This document shows positions 42,454 to 56,108 of a DNA stretch of 64,000 nt, piece after piece. Position numbers and translations under genes: made by a program. The stretch comes from Octopus vulgaris (lineage: Eukaryota). The DNA is taken from assembly GCA_951406725.2 (NCBI GenBank), contig OX597825.1:63798001-63862000 (forward strand), written 5' to 3'. Numbering within the stretch: position 1 is the stretch's first letter; each line of letters starts with the position of its first letter. Under the pieces are notes generated by a model, which was given only the letters and a program-made list of their open reading frames with translations, did no database searches and had not been told where the DNA came from.

Positions 42454-42863
42454 TAGATATAGTATGTGTCTGGGTGGATATATGAGGGAGTATACATGTG
42501 TAAATGCAACAGAAATTAATCTAAACATACTTATTACGGAGAAGTGGAACGAATGATTGCAAATCCTTGTTAATTTTTATAATTGAAATATATGTTCAGT
42601 TAATTACTTATTTTTATTTCTATAAAAATCATTATACGTGCTACCACTATGTAATTAGTTATTGAATAAAATCACCAAAAGAACAAAACATTAGCTGTTC
42701 ATTTTCATTAACTTGAAAGCGTGGTTTCTCAGTAGAAGAACTTCACTATATTGAAGTTTTTGACCTTGAAATGACCGAAAGACACAACATCTAAAAGATG
42801 TAAACACTATTACAGATACAGCCATTATGAATGAGAAGTTTCCGCATATGAATTAACATACAC

Positions 42864-42940
<77 letters not shown>

Positions 42941-43043
42941 TATATTGTATTATATCATATCATATGATATTCCGTGAAATTTGATTTAGTATTTATAAGT
43001 TGAATTTTTTCCTTCTAAGTTTGGATTTTATTCCCTCAAATAA

Positions 43044-43097
<54 letters not shown>

Positions 43098-43129
43098 GGT
43101 ATGTGTGGGGAGCTGTGTTTCTATATATG

Positions 43130-43820
43130 TACGAGGTGATATCAAAAATTCTTGGACTAGTTCTGTAGCGCACCAACAGATGGCAGCACATGGCTGCGGG
43201 CGCAGGGAGAGCTAGCTGTGAACTTGATGCAACTACTGCATTTACTTCAAAAGTTGTGATACGTGTGCTTTTGCGATCACGTGTATTCTGTAGTCTGCGA
43301 TTTTGTCTTGGCCAGGAAGTTGGAATAATGCGCCAACGTTAAATTTTGCGTTAAACCTGGGACGTCTGCTACAGAGACATCGAGCATACTTCGGCAAGAT
43401 TACGACGACGAAGCAATGTGTGGTACGCGATATTTTGAGTGACACGGGCGCTTCAAAAGCGGAAGAACCTCCCCGGAAGTTGATGGGCGATGTGGAAGAC
43501 CTGCCACGTGCTTCACCCCCGGATAAATGGAGAAAATATTGCCATATTGGGCATGAGGATTGTTAGAGTACAATCAATGTGAATGCTGATGTTTGTTGGT
43601 CTGTATTATGGGTTCGTGTTGGCAATCCTAATTCCTGAATTATAAATGCGATGAGTCTCTGCCAAGTTTGTCCCCCGCCTTCTGACCACTGAGCAGAACG
43701 AATATCGCATTGAAATATGTCTGCGTTCCAGTGATGATCTGTCCTTCATGTCGAGGATCATCGCGACCCTAAAACAGAGCAGCAGTCATCAACTTGAACG
43801 AATCCTTCATCTCCACGACC
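43130..43820 (+). mobile_element. mariner-like element, 5' end and decayed transposase
   Basis: TA-cgaggtgatatcaaaaa TIR-like start; ANVKFCVKPGTSATET..FE*HGRFKSGRTSPEVDGRCGRP..VSAKFVPRLLTTEQ..DPKTEQQS. Confidence 0.85.
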
Positions 43821-44601
43821 GATATACACACTTACATTTCACACACACACACACACACATATATATAATATAATATATATATATACACAAGTATACACAC
43901 ACACGCACAAACACATATCATTATACTCGTGCACAAATCCATGGTAAATACCTATATCTCAAAATAAGTATATATTCTGAATTTTTGTTGCTTTTCCAAT
44001 CTGAGAATGGAGTGAACGGCATTAGATTTTAAATGACGGGCAGAATCTATTTTGTAGGTCATATTCTTTAATACTCTGTTTGGCAATCGAATTTAACGAC
44101 AAGGTGTCCTTTTACATTTGCAGCGCATATAAATGAATTTCAGCTAATTAATGTCGTAAAGTCTGTTTAAACAGATGTTACAGCACCTAATATATGTTGC
44201 CTTAACCCTATGTAAGCAATCGATAAAGACAAAAAAAAAAAAATGGTTTATGCTTACTACAATAAAAAACACATTATAATATATTTAATTACCGCCTAGT
44301 GTTTTGGACATAAACGCTCAACACATACAGCAATGATTATATGAATCATAAAACAGCATCTGATGGAATAGAGATACTATCAAAACACCAGTGGGAATTG
44401 TAGGAGAGATATATGTAGAGGATGGCTCTCTCTCTCTCTCTCCCCTCTCTCTTTCTCTCTGTCTCTCTCTATATATATATTTATATACATACATATTTTC
44501 ATTTTCATAAGTACCTCTCTCACACTCCCTGTTTCTCTTTGTCTCTATAAATATAGATATATACATGCATGCATGTATTTATGTGTATGTAAATACATAC
44601 A

Positions 44602-44713
<112 letters not shown>

Positions 44714-46361
44714 TTCACTCACCAAATTTCCCTTAAAAAATTATAGTCACATCAATACTGTAGTGGATGTCACATGCCAGTGCGTCCGCTCAGTACTATG
44801 AAACACAAACCAGTTGGTATCGTATTCAATATCTTAGCCTCACACTAGTATTGCATAAGTATGTGTAGATATATAGGGACGTGTCTGTATTTATGTGCGT
44901 TTGTGTGCATACACACTCCTATATTCCTACATGCATGTATGCATGTATAAACACGCATTTTGCTACTGATATGCATAGTGCACATTTATACAATTCCATC
45001 CATTTCATTAGGAGCAACAGTTAAATAAGTAACGACGCTGAGAAGAAAAAAATACGTACATGAATGACATAAAATCAACTTATTAATAAAATTACGAGAG
45101 TTTTCATGGAGAGACTAAATATATCAGGGAACATCAAAGCTAGAACACTTATACAGTGTGTAGGTAAATGTATTTTATTTGATATGGCTTATTAGATTTC
45201 TTAGGTTAAACTCCAGTAAGTGGTTCGTCGAATGCTTTTATACTTGTGTATTGAAGAATAATATGGAACTTAAGAGCTGCGATATGAGATTAATTTTGCA
45301 TGATCGCATAAGATAACAGAAGATCAATGTTTAAAAAATAATGAAAAAGAAAATTAATTTCTAGTGATTTGTTATCACCCAAGTGAATGAATGCCCCCTT
45401 CAATAAAGTAAATATCTCAAGTAATTATTGCGTAGATACTTTCGCAACTTGATGAAACCTTTAAAACTAATTTAATCACTATATAGGCTGGTACCAATTT
45501 GTTTGAATAATTTAATACGTATATCAAATTACTAAATATTGATATAGTACTTCTTTACCACTGAGTCTTTTTCACTAAAAATTGTAGAAAGACGATAAAT
45601 TTGTTAGAATTATTTTTGTGCTATTTTACACATATTCTTTCCATTCAGGGTAAAAATTGAACTTGTTCTGGATATGCATATCTTATTCATAATAAATTTA
45701 AGGTTTCAAGGTATTAGTTTACTGAACAACAACCCCTACTAAATTACATGAGTAGCATGAGTTTGGCTCTTTTAGATCGATCTTCATCGCTCAGTTATTG
45801 CATTATCAGTGATACACCCATTTTCGTTGATGTTGATAAGGAAAATTTAATAAAATTTAGGTTTGCAAATAATGTTGTTATCCTTTACCCGGTTAAATTG
45901 TTTTCGGTAAATGGAATGTAGCTACTCTATAGAGGAGTATGATGCATGTTTACAAAAATTCCTACATAACTTTAGATTTATATTTCTTTCATCTCATTGT
46001 GGCAGTCCTCCTGGTTTGGTCACTACCGTCCCACTACGTTAGCCTTACAACCACTTCACTTGGTTTCGAAAACAGGTTTAAAAAAGAAAAGATTTCACTT
46101 AAGTCTTAAATATACAAAGCGTATTAACTCATACATGTATAATTCTATTGTTGTGGAAAGAAAAATATGTTCAATGAAATATTTTATTTGGTGAATATAT
46201 ACTATGAAAATAATTGAAATAATTCTCCATGTATATAATTGAAATAACTAACGGACGTTATATTACATTGATTTATCTTATATCGAGTGTGTGTCTGTAC
46301 AATTGTTTGTTTGTATTCCACCTGCCTTCGTCTTTTGTTTATTTTCATAAAGCTTCCGTTA

Positions 46362-46483
<122 letters not shown>

Positions 46484-48126
46484 TATTTTTATAGAGGGAG
46501 AAAAACTTTCCAATAGTTGGAAGGAATATACTAACGGGCAAATATCTTAAATATCTTAAATATAACCCTCTGGATTCCACTCGATATATCGGACGCTGCA
46601 ATGCTAACTACACGTAAATCGAAACACTTATTATAGATCAAGTCAAGTAAAGCTTAGCAGCACTGAAACTTAATCTGTGATAGGCATCTCAAGCCGCCTT
46701 TTTGAAAGTGCAGTACACACGTAGATTTACCAGTGATAATGCATGCGTACAAATATGCCAAAATATCTGTATTTAAGCTGGAAAGTCATAGAATATGCGC
46801 AAGGCAATGGCATACGAAAGAAGTCGAACACGAAGGCAAAATTGAAAATTGCAGCGTATCATGCATAAATTTTTATAAGATTAAATCATTTTAGGAAACT
46901 ATTCTACCTTGAAAATTATTGATCACTGAATTAAGAATAGGTTAATTATTTTTACACCTAATTCTCTTGATTATTTCTTTGGACAGCACACTGCTCCCCG
47001 TGGAATCAAATTTATTGTGTACATACTGTAGTTCCGAGTAGAAACAAACAGCTAAATTAAGCAATAAATATGCTGCATCTCACGAACGTATTGCTGTTAG
47101 AAAAATTAATTATTTTCGATGTGTAACTTCATATTATAAGATACTAATCAGGATACACGATCATTATTACATACACCTGGAAAACAAAAGTGAATTAATA
47201 ATTATTGTACAAGAATTGCATTTTAATTTGAGCTATATATTTGTTCTATTTTTGCATGTATTCAACAATTATTTAAAAAGAATATACTAAATTATACGTG
47301 TTAATTGTTCATATATAGCTTAGAAGGACTAGATTTTTTCTTTATGTTTTACAATTTCATAGCTTCAAATATTCAATAGCTGACTAGTATTCCCATGGCG
47401 TATAAATTTTAGATCACCTCTGCCTCGTTGAAACGCAGAATTCGCTCTTCTGCCTGGCTACAAGCCACGTCAATGTCGCCAGTCTATGGTCTATGCTGGG
47501 AAAGGAAAGCTATATGAACTTTTCTTAACTATTTCTTCTTATCGCAAAATAAAATAACAGAAATAATATAATAATGTAATAAATATGTCAAATTTGGATG
47601 ACTTTTATTACTCTTAATTAATGTGTTATATTTTAAATATTCTTCGTTTAATATCCAACTCTTTCAATCAGGAGAGCAAATTAAACTTTAAAAAGACATT
47701 GAAGAAATAAAGCCAGCAACATCAACCCCTGTAGTTACAGATTTTGATTACTTCAATTAACCTGATTCTTCTATGATAACTTCTAAGTTTTATTTTTTCT
47801 CTCTCCCTTTGTCACTCTCATCATTTTTATTCATCTCTACTCTCCATCAGCTTGATACATCACCAATTTTAAGTCCTGAAAAATAAGAAAAAAAAAAAGA
47901 AGCTGTCTTGAAAATTCTTCAAGTGGAAATGAAAATATTTCCACTGAATAAATTTATTCGTCAATAATTTGCTAGAAAAGATATAAAAGAAATCTTTCTC
48001 ATGTATAATTTAAATAAACCTGAAGGGAAAAATATTACAGTGCATTGGTTTTTCGTTTATTTATTATTTATGAAAGTATTATTACAAATACTATATTTGT
48101 GAGTTTGTGTGTTTTAAATATGTATG

Positions 48127-48204
<78 letters not shown>

Positions 48205-48213
48205 CATTCATGC

Positions 48214-48252
<39 letters not shown>

Positions 48253-48556
48253 AGAGTGTGTGGAGCGATGCGTGTGTGTGTTTTACTATACGTCGTAAGC
48301 AAGAAATTAAGCATATAGAGTTGTTGATGGAGAAATTAGAAATTTAATTAGCAATGACACCAAAGGGAGACTGATGAAACAACTCCGCACAACACTTAAA
48401 TGCATGCTTGTGTGTGTGTATACACCGCTATATATATATGTGTGTGTGAGAGAGAGAGAGAGAGAGACAGAGAGAGAGAGTGTGTGTGTGTCTCTGTGTG
48501 TAGAAATATATATGTACATATATATGTCTGTGTGGATGCATGTATATATGTAATTG

Positions 48557-48910
48557 GCGCTTACCAACCACATGGTTATGGGTTCAGTCCCACCGCGTGG
48601 CAACTTGGACAAGTGTCTTCTACTATAACCTCGAGTCGTACAAAGCCTTGTGATTGGATTTGGTAGACGGAAAGTAGAAGAAGCCTGTCATGTATATGTG
48701 TGTGTGTGAATGTGTGTGCGTGCGTGTGTCTCGGGGCTTGTGTGTGTGCATACTTGTGTGTATATGTTTTGTGTTTCCGTAACTTACGGTTCGGCAAAAG
48801 AGACCGACAGAATAAGTACTACGCTTACAAAGAATAAGTTCTGGAATTGATTTGTTCGACTAAAAGGCGGTGCTCCAGCATGGCTGCAGTTAAATGATAA
48901 ACAAATGGAA
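48557..48910 (+). mobile_element. SINE family A; extra tail copy at 49120-49212
   Basis: cttaccaaccacatggttatgggttcagtccc..aaaggcggtgctccagcatggctgcag. Confidence 0.8.
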
Positions 48911-49665
48911 GCAAAAATAAAATAAAAATATATAAAGAATGCAATGGGTAAATTGTCCTCATTTTGTATCTTCAAATTTGCGTATTCGCATTGTTTGTTT
49001 TTGATTTTGTTGACTACACAATATAGTAGGGTCCACTGGGCACCGTCTGTGATAAAACACCACAATGACGCAATTCACTCTGCCATGTGGTACTGGTGGA
49101 TATTTGCGCTGAAATACCGGGCTTACAAAGAATAAATCCTGGGTCAATTTCTGCGACTAAAAGGCGATGCCACAGCATGGCCGCAATCATATGACTGAAA
49201 CAAGTAAAAGAATATAGATATTCTTGTACATATATATGCGTACGTGTGTCTGTCTGTGCATAAATTTTTGCAGTGATGCACACGGTTTTATTCTGATAAT
49301 TATGAAATAATGAATTGCGCATTATAATAACTACTACACGATTTGTCATTTCTTGCTTCGTGATTTCTGTAAATTATATTTATTGGAGGCAAGACACATT
49401 ATATATCACACGTATTTAAAAGTCTCTTCAACGGAATAAATACTACACAATCGTATACACAAACTGATATTCAATATCATTATTTTTGTCCTGGACAAAT
49501 TAATTATCATTGTACTAATTTAGATGTCTTTAAAATTGTATAGATGGGGGCTTGTCCTATTAAGAGTAACTCAACTTCATTTTAACCCTGTATTATCAAT
49601 CTTAATGTGTTCCCTATACGTTTGAAATATTTATCAAGTGACACTTCGATATGGCTGGTTATGTG

Positions 49666-49982
49666 AAGGCGCATGGCTCAGTGGTTAGATCGTGAGGTAG
49701 TGAGTTCGATTCCCGGACCGGGTTGCGTATTGAGTTCTTGAGCAAGAGACTTTATTTAACGTTGCTCAAGTTCACTCAGCTGAAATGAGTTGCGACGTCA
49801 CAAGTGCCAAGCCGTATCGACTTTTGACTTTCCCTTGGATAACACTGGTGGCGTGAAGAGGGGAGGCTGGTATGCATGGACGACTGCTGGTCTTCCATAA
49901 AAGCAACCCTGCCCAGACTTGTGCCTGGGAGGGTAACTTTCTAGGTGCAATCCCATACTCAATCATGACCGAAGGGGGTCTC
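49666..49982 (+). mobile_element. tRNA-derived CORE-like SINE family C; second copy 54316-54602
   Basis: ggcgcatggctcagtggttaga (A box), gagttcgattccc (B box), gttcttgagcaagagactttattt (CORE-like). Confidence 0.8.
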
Positions 49983-50424
49983 ATTTTCTCATTTTTTATG
50001 AGTGGTTATATTTCTGAATTGTCAACTTTAGGTGGCGGAAACCCTGCTCCAATCGAAATAACTGTTATAAATCTTAAACATACAGATGTTTTCTTTTCCT
50101 CTAATTTTTGAGAATCATTCTGACTAAACAAAATTATCCAGTCGGTTTCTTTATTAACAGATTGGTTCTTCAAAATCATTCCCTACACACTTATAGATTT
50201 GTGAATAATGTCAACGTCAATCTGGTGCTTGTGAACATTGTGCAAATTTACGAATTAACAACTTTTAGTACAAACCAGGCAGTTATTTCGCCGCGAGCAT
50301 TAGTTTTAGCTATACTGCTATTAACCATGTACAAAAGCATTGGGAAAGCTATATTTTGGTGATAATAAACAATATAAATGTTGTCAAAGCTTCTAGTATT
50401 TCATTAATATTAATATTTATGTTG

Positions 50425-50868
50425 TGGAGGCACATGGCCTAGTAGTTAGAGCAGCGGACTTGCGGTCGAGGGATCACGGGTTCGAATCTCAGACCGGGCG
50501 ATGTGTGAGTTTATGAACAAAACATCTAGCGTCACGCGGCTCCGGCAGAAGGAAATGGCGTCCCGTCCATGAGGGGAATCTATACGCCAAGGAAACCGGG
50601 AAGCTGTCCCTATGAGCCAGGCGTGGCTTGAGAAGGAACAAACAATAACAACAATATTAATGTTAATATTTTCTGTTAGATTAAGGCGGCGAGCTGGCAC
50701 AATCGTTAGCACGTCGTTCAAAAAATACTCAGTAACATTCCACCGAGGTTGACTTTGCCTTTCGTCTTCCCGAGATCGATAAAATAAGTACCAGCTGAAC
50801 ACTGATGTCGATGTAATCGACTTATCCCCTCTTTCGAACTTGCTGGCCTTGTACCAAAACTTGAAACA
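50425..50868 (+). mobile_element. tRNA(Arg)-like SINE (50425-50650) followed by Meta-like SINE (50683-50868)
   Basis: tggaggcacatggcctagtagttagagcagcggacttgcggtcgagggatcacgggttcgaatctc; aaggcggcgagctggca..gaggttgactttgcc..tcgataaaataagtaccag. Confidence 0.8.
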
Positions 50869-51378
50869 AATATCTCCCGTTATCTCAACACGAACACAAA
50901 CTAGTGAATGGATCTTAGCAAATTCGATCTAGTTTCAGAAATACTTGGAATAGCTTAGTAAATGAATAATACATTTCCGAGTGAAGAAACCTTCGGCTGC
51001 ACATACAATATAAGTACAATAACAGTAAGAACAACAACAAGGCAAATATATTTACATAGTTAATTCCATGTCTGGCATTGGGTTTCTAAAAATCAAAAGT
51101 GCAATTAGACGTTAGAAGGGACGAATACGGAAAGCATAATAAAAATGTATGCAACTCAGTACTTATTTTTGTAAGCCTAGCACCTATTCTCTCGGTCTCT
51201 TTGGCGAACCGCTAGGGTGTTGCTGAAACTAGATCGAATGTGTTGGGGTTTATTCACTATATCGTGTTTCCGCTGAGATAACGGGAGATATTTGTTTCAT
51301 ATATTGGCAGAAGGCTAGCAAGATCGAGAGAGACGTTAAGACGATTATATCGACACTAGTGCCCAGCTGGTTTTATAG

Positions 51379-51795
51379 ACGCAGGCGTAGCCATGTGGTC
51401 AGAAGCTTGCTTCCCAACCACGTAGTTCCTGGCTCAGTCCTACTGTGTGGTATCTTGGGCAGGAGTTTTCTACTATAGCCTCGGGCCGACTAAAGCCTTG
51501 TGAGTGGATTTTAGAGACGGAAACTGAAAGAAGCTTGTCGTATGTATATGTGTGTGTACGTCTGTGAGTGTGCGTGTGTGTGTATGTGCGTGTATTAGTG
51601 TGTCTGTATTTGTCACCCCACCATCGCTTGATAATCGATGTTGGTAAGTTTACGAAATTTAGCGGTTCGGCAAAACGCGATAGAATATGTACTAGGCTTG
51701 CAAAGATTAAATCCAGCGGTCGATTTGTTCGACTAAAGGCTGTGCTACAACATGGTCTCAGTCAAATAACTTAAAAAAGGGAAAAGAATAAAAGA
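51379..51795 (+). mobile_element. SINE family A, near full length
   Basis: gcaggcgtagccatgtggtcagaagcttgcttcccaaccac..ttagcggttcggcaaaa..cgactaaaggc..cagtcaaat. Confidence 0.8.
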
Positions 51796-53410
51796 ATAAC
51801 TCATAGAAATTAAACCATTTAATAGGAAATAGTGCTTGTGTTTGAGTACTCTTCTGATGAGACACTCTCTGGACGTATGTAATTGATGAGGTCTGCTATT
51901 TTCTTTGTGTACCATCTGAATAAAAGAGGAGAAATTAAGATATCCAGAAATGTCACATTTTTTGCGGTGAATCTATTGATCGCAGTGCTTACAGGGTTAT
52001 CTGGAAGATGGGAAAGAGAGTGGATGGTGAGCAAAAATGGAGATCTCTTGAATAAGTGGGTCTTGAAAGGATAAATATACTCAGAATGGATCAGAGAGCA
52101 AGATTCTTTTATAGTAAGGAAAGCAGTCAGACTCAGAGAGAAAAACAGTACATTGGAACGCATTGCGTACAATGTTGGTGACGAAATACCAATCATTCAG
52201 ATAGTTAATAGGAGACAGCCAAACAGGATTTTGTGTGCACCGATTTCAGAGTTTCCTTCTTACACATTGGTAGCACTCCATAATGGAACCTATTCCAGAT
52301 AGTTGCCGATCTACCGGCGGTTTAAAACTTAATAGATATGTATCAATTTGTTATACTGTTTTACTATTTTTACATACATATCATCAATACTGTAATATTT
52401 TGTACCAATTGCGCACAGGCGTCGTTCTAATCGACTGGCTCCCTCCCGCAAAATTTTGGGCCTTGTGCCTAAAGTAGAAAACAAAATCGTGATGTTATGA
52501 GCGTTGCATTTCTTTTGAAGACTATAATGAGAAAATAAAATCATATAAAAGCAAATCTAATAATTTATTTGTTTATGTGTTGGTGTATGTATATACATAA
52601 GTACGATATATGCTCCTACAACAAACTGACACAGTCACTCACACCCACATACTCATATATATTTTCGAAAACCACAACATTGCTTTCATTTTAATTTTCG
52701 GTAAATGTAATTCAAAAGTTTACTATCTACTAGTATTAGGATAACCTCAATAATAAAATAATATGACATAAAACATAAAAGTAAATAGTTTACTCTTGTG
52801 AACAGAGTTAGTATATTGGTTCTAAACGATAAACGATTTAAAACGTACAGAAGCTTCCTTTCTTTGTTATGCTTGTTATTGACAAAATCAAAAAACAAAA
52901 ATAAAACAGAAACGGAAACTTGGTTTAGGTTATCAAGGAGGTCACGTTTCATAAACTCCATAAATAATAAATGAACGCTTTCACAATGTACAGCTTCTTC
53001 TGGAATATATCTTATTGGGAGGAAATATAAATTAAAGGTTATGAACCGGGACAAAATTTACGGGAAAGAAAGAGTTTTCAGTTATTAGATTATTTTCATA
53101 TATCAAAGTATAAAAAATTTTTCTCGAAATGTTTATAAAGCTTATTTATAAATAGAAAATCTATTTCGAAAAAAATGACTATCTGCCTTTTCATTTCATG
53201 ACACCTGAAAATATAAATATACGGTGATATCATTGTTATCTTTTATTGCTTATTTCAAGGTAGATATTACTATACAGTATTGATTCTATTGCAAAATTGA
53301 GAAAACTAAGTAATGTTCAAGAAATTTATTATAGTTTTATTGCCACGTCATTTTTTCTTTTTGCAATTATTCTTCTCTTTGATATTTGTAGCTCCCACAT
53401 ACATGTACAC

Positions 53411-53460
<50 letters not shown>

Positions 53461-53464
<4 letters not shown>

Positions 53465-53612
53465 TTGTTTGTATATCTATAATTTTTAAAGTTATTATAT
53501 ATATATATATATATATATATAAATTCTTGTTTGTATATCTATAATTTTTAAAGTTATTATATATATATATATATAAATTCTTATTTGTATATCTATAATT
53601 TTTAAAGTTATT
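53461..53612 (+). repeat. Three ~36-bp units separated by variable (TA)n
   Basis: attcttgtttgtatatctataatttttaaagttatt at 53461, 53523 and 53577. Confidence 0.9.
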
Positions 53613-55161
53613 TTAGTTTTCAATCACAGTTTTTGTAGGTAAATTTAATTTGAGATAACATATACAAAGCGTGTGTGAAAACCTCAATCTTCCATCTGCC
53701 ACTGATAACACCCGTAACAAGCAGGGCTGTCAGACACGAAAATAACATCAAGAGACAGGAATATTTATTTCTTAAGACAGTATTGGTCAGCCCTTTTGAA
53801 CTTCACTACTTACTCTCTATCGGTATCTATATGCGAGTATGTCGTATACACATAGACACACACACGCATATATATATATATATATAGATACCGCATTCTG
53901 TGCGTAGGTGTTTATGCTTGTTCAAATGTGTATGTATGTCTGTTATCGCGAATGTATAGCTGTAACACGAGGTGAAAGGAAAAATATATAATAACTGATA
54001 AAATCTATAAACTTTGGAATTACAAGGAGAGTGGGCAGAGGGTGAACAAATAAATTATTATTGCAAAGATTAAAGAGTTTCCTGTCTTTTACATATGTAT
54101 GTAAGCATAAGTATGTCTATGTACGGATAAATAAATATATACACTTATCCGCGTATATAATACACATTACATATATTGTACAAAGATTTGACACAATATT
54201 TATAAATATACAACGCTAATATATATATATATATATACACATACATATTTATATGTGGGTATTATGTATGTATGTAAGTATGTAAGTATATACATATATG
54301 TATATAGAAAACGGGAAGGCGTAGGTCTCAGTGGGTTGAGCATCGGGCTCACAATCGTGAGGTAGTGAGTTCACTTCCCTGACCAAGCTGTGCCTTGTGT
54401 TCTTCAGCAAGACACTTTATTTCACCTAACCGTAGGAATGATTTTTGGCGTTACCGTACCCAAGCTATATCGGTGTTTGCCTTCCTCTTGGATAACTTTG
54501 ATGGCATGCAGGAGGGAGGCTGGTATGCTTGGGCGTTTGCCCGCACTTGGCCGAGACAGGGAACTTTCTATGTGCAATCATTTCCTCATTCAATTCCGAA
54601 GAGAATCTTTATCCTATATATATATATATATATAAGTAAAAAAATGGAGTTGAACGTAGATGCTATTCAAATTCTTTTATTTTCGACATATGTTTCGAAG
54701 ACAATATTTGGTTTTATTACAAAGGAATAAACTGTATAAAATGCAATCTTGAAGAAACGTGGTCCCGATTTTAGATCCATATCGTAATTTATTTTTCTGT
54801 TTCTGTGTATCCCAGATTTTATTTGATACTACACTTTTCGTTAAGACATTCCGGCGCGATATGAAGATTCGGCTGGTATTAAAAGAACAAGCAATCATGC
54901 TGCTAACAGCAGTCTTGTTAACGTTACTCACATTTCGCTATTTCTTTCGTTTTATATTTTGAAAATACGTGAGGTATGTTTTCTTCTGAAAACTCCTGAA
55001 TATATATAGTCCTTCTTCTGGATATAAAATAGCTGCTTTGTCTAAAAGCGTGCGTGATCATGGAGATTTTGCCTTGTAGTCCATGTTTAGAGGCTTTTTT
55101 GCATTGGTATACACACAAAAACCAACGCCTGCACACCTATAAACCTATTAGCTTTTGCTCG

Positions 55162-56017
55162 TAAGAGATCTGATCAATAAATATCCGGACAGTAGCCATA
55201 GTAAGGAAGCTAAAGCGCGCAAAGTGAAGCCGCCTGGCAAATGTTGACCTTGACCTTTGCTGTGCATGCAAACTACGTTTTAACTGTCTAGCTCACTTCT
55301 GCTGTCACAACAGTGCTTGGAAGGAACGTGTTTAGCGTGTGACGTCGCATTGACCATGACAGAAATTTGTCTATGCGATACCTACCCAGAGGATACATCA
55401 AAGTATTTGGAGAGGAGCGTATGAACCACATACAAGTTTACGAGTGGTTCAGACGTTTCTAAGATGGCCGAAAAATGTCGATATTGACGAATATTCTAGG
55501 AGACCTGCAACCAGCAGAACTGAGAAAAACAACGCAGATGCTCATGCAGCTCTGAGCGGAAATCGTCGGATCACCATCCGTGGGTTATCACAGGATGTGC
55601 AGATCAGTTACGATTCGGTTCAGTCCATTATTAATGAAGATTTGTGTATATGACGCATGTCTTCCAAGTTTGTGCCAAAACTGTTTTCAGTTGCAGAATA
55701 TGTTCTTGGCTGTGTCGAGAACGATGAAAATTTTTGAAAACTTTACGTAGGTCTCTGAGCAGGTATTGTCAAATATTTGGCAAAATTTAATGCAGATTCT
55801 CTGCTCAACTTCCTCTCTCATTGACAATGCGACGATTACACGTTACACACCTTCCTACCAAGCACTTCTGTAAACAGCAGAAGTGAGCTAGAACGTTGAA
55901 ACTTAGAGCACATCTGTAGCTTAGTTTCCGGGAAATCTGTGGCAAGCAGTTTTAGTTTGCGGGCGTTGGATTCGTTACTATAGTAACAGTCTGGATACTT
56001 ATTGATCAGACTGCGTA
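55162..56017 (+). mobile_element. Internally deleted mariner element with long (~200 bp) inverted termini and TA ends
   Basis: tctgatcaataaatatccggac..ctagctcacttctgctg..agtgcttggaaggaa..gtcgcattg mirrored at 55813-56017; interior KVFGEERMNHIQVYEWFRRF..DEYSRRPATS..NRRITIRGLS..SKFVPKL. Confidence 0.85.
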
Positions 56018-56068
56018 TACGTATATTTATATTTATAGTTATGTATATACATGAATATATAATATATA

Positions 56069-56108
<40 letters not shown>

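Noticed and set aside
51819-52280. 125-aa minus-strand ORF
   Set aside because: Only faint resemblance to a CR1/L2 C-terminus; too decayed to call, no gene evidence.
53461-53612. CRISPR-like 36-bp repeats
   Set aside because: Spacers are pure (TA)n, the context is eukaryotic and there are no cas genes.
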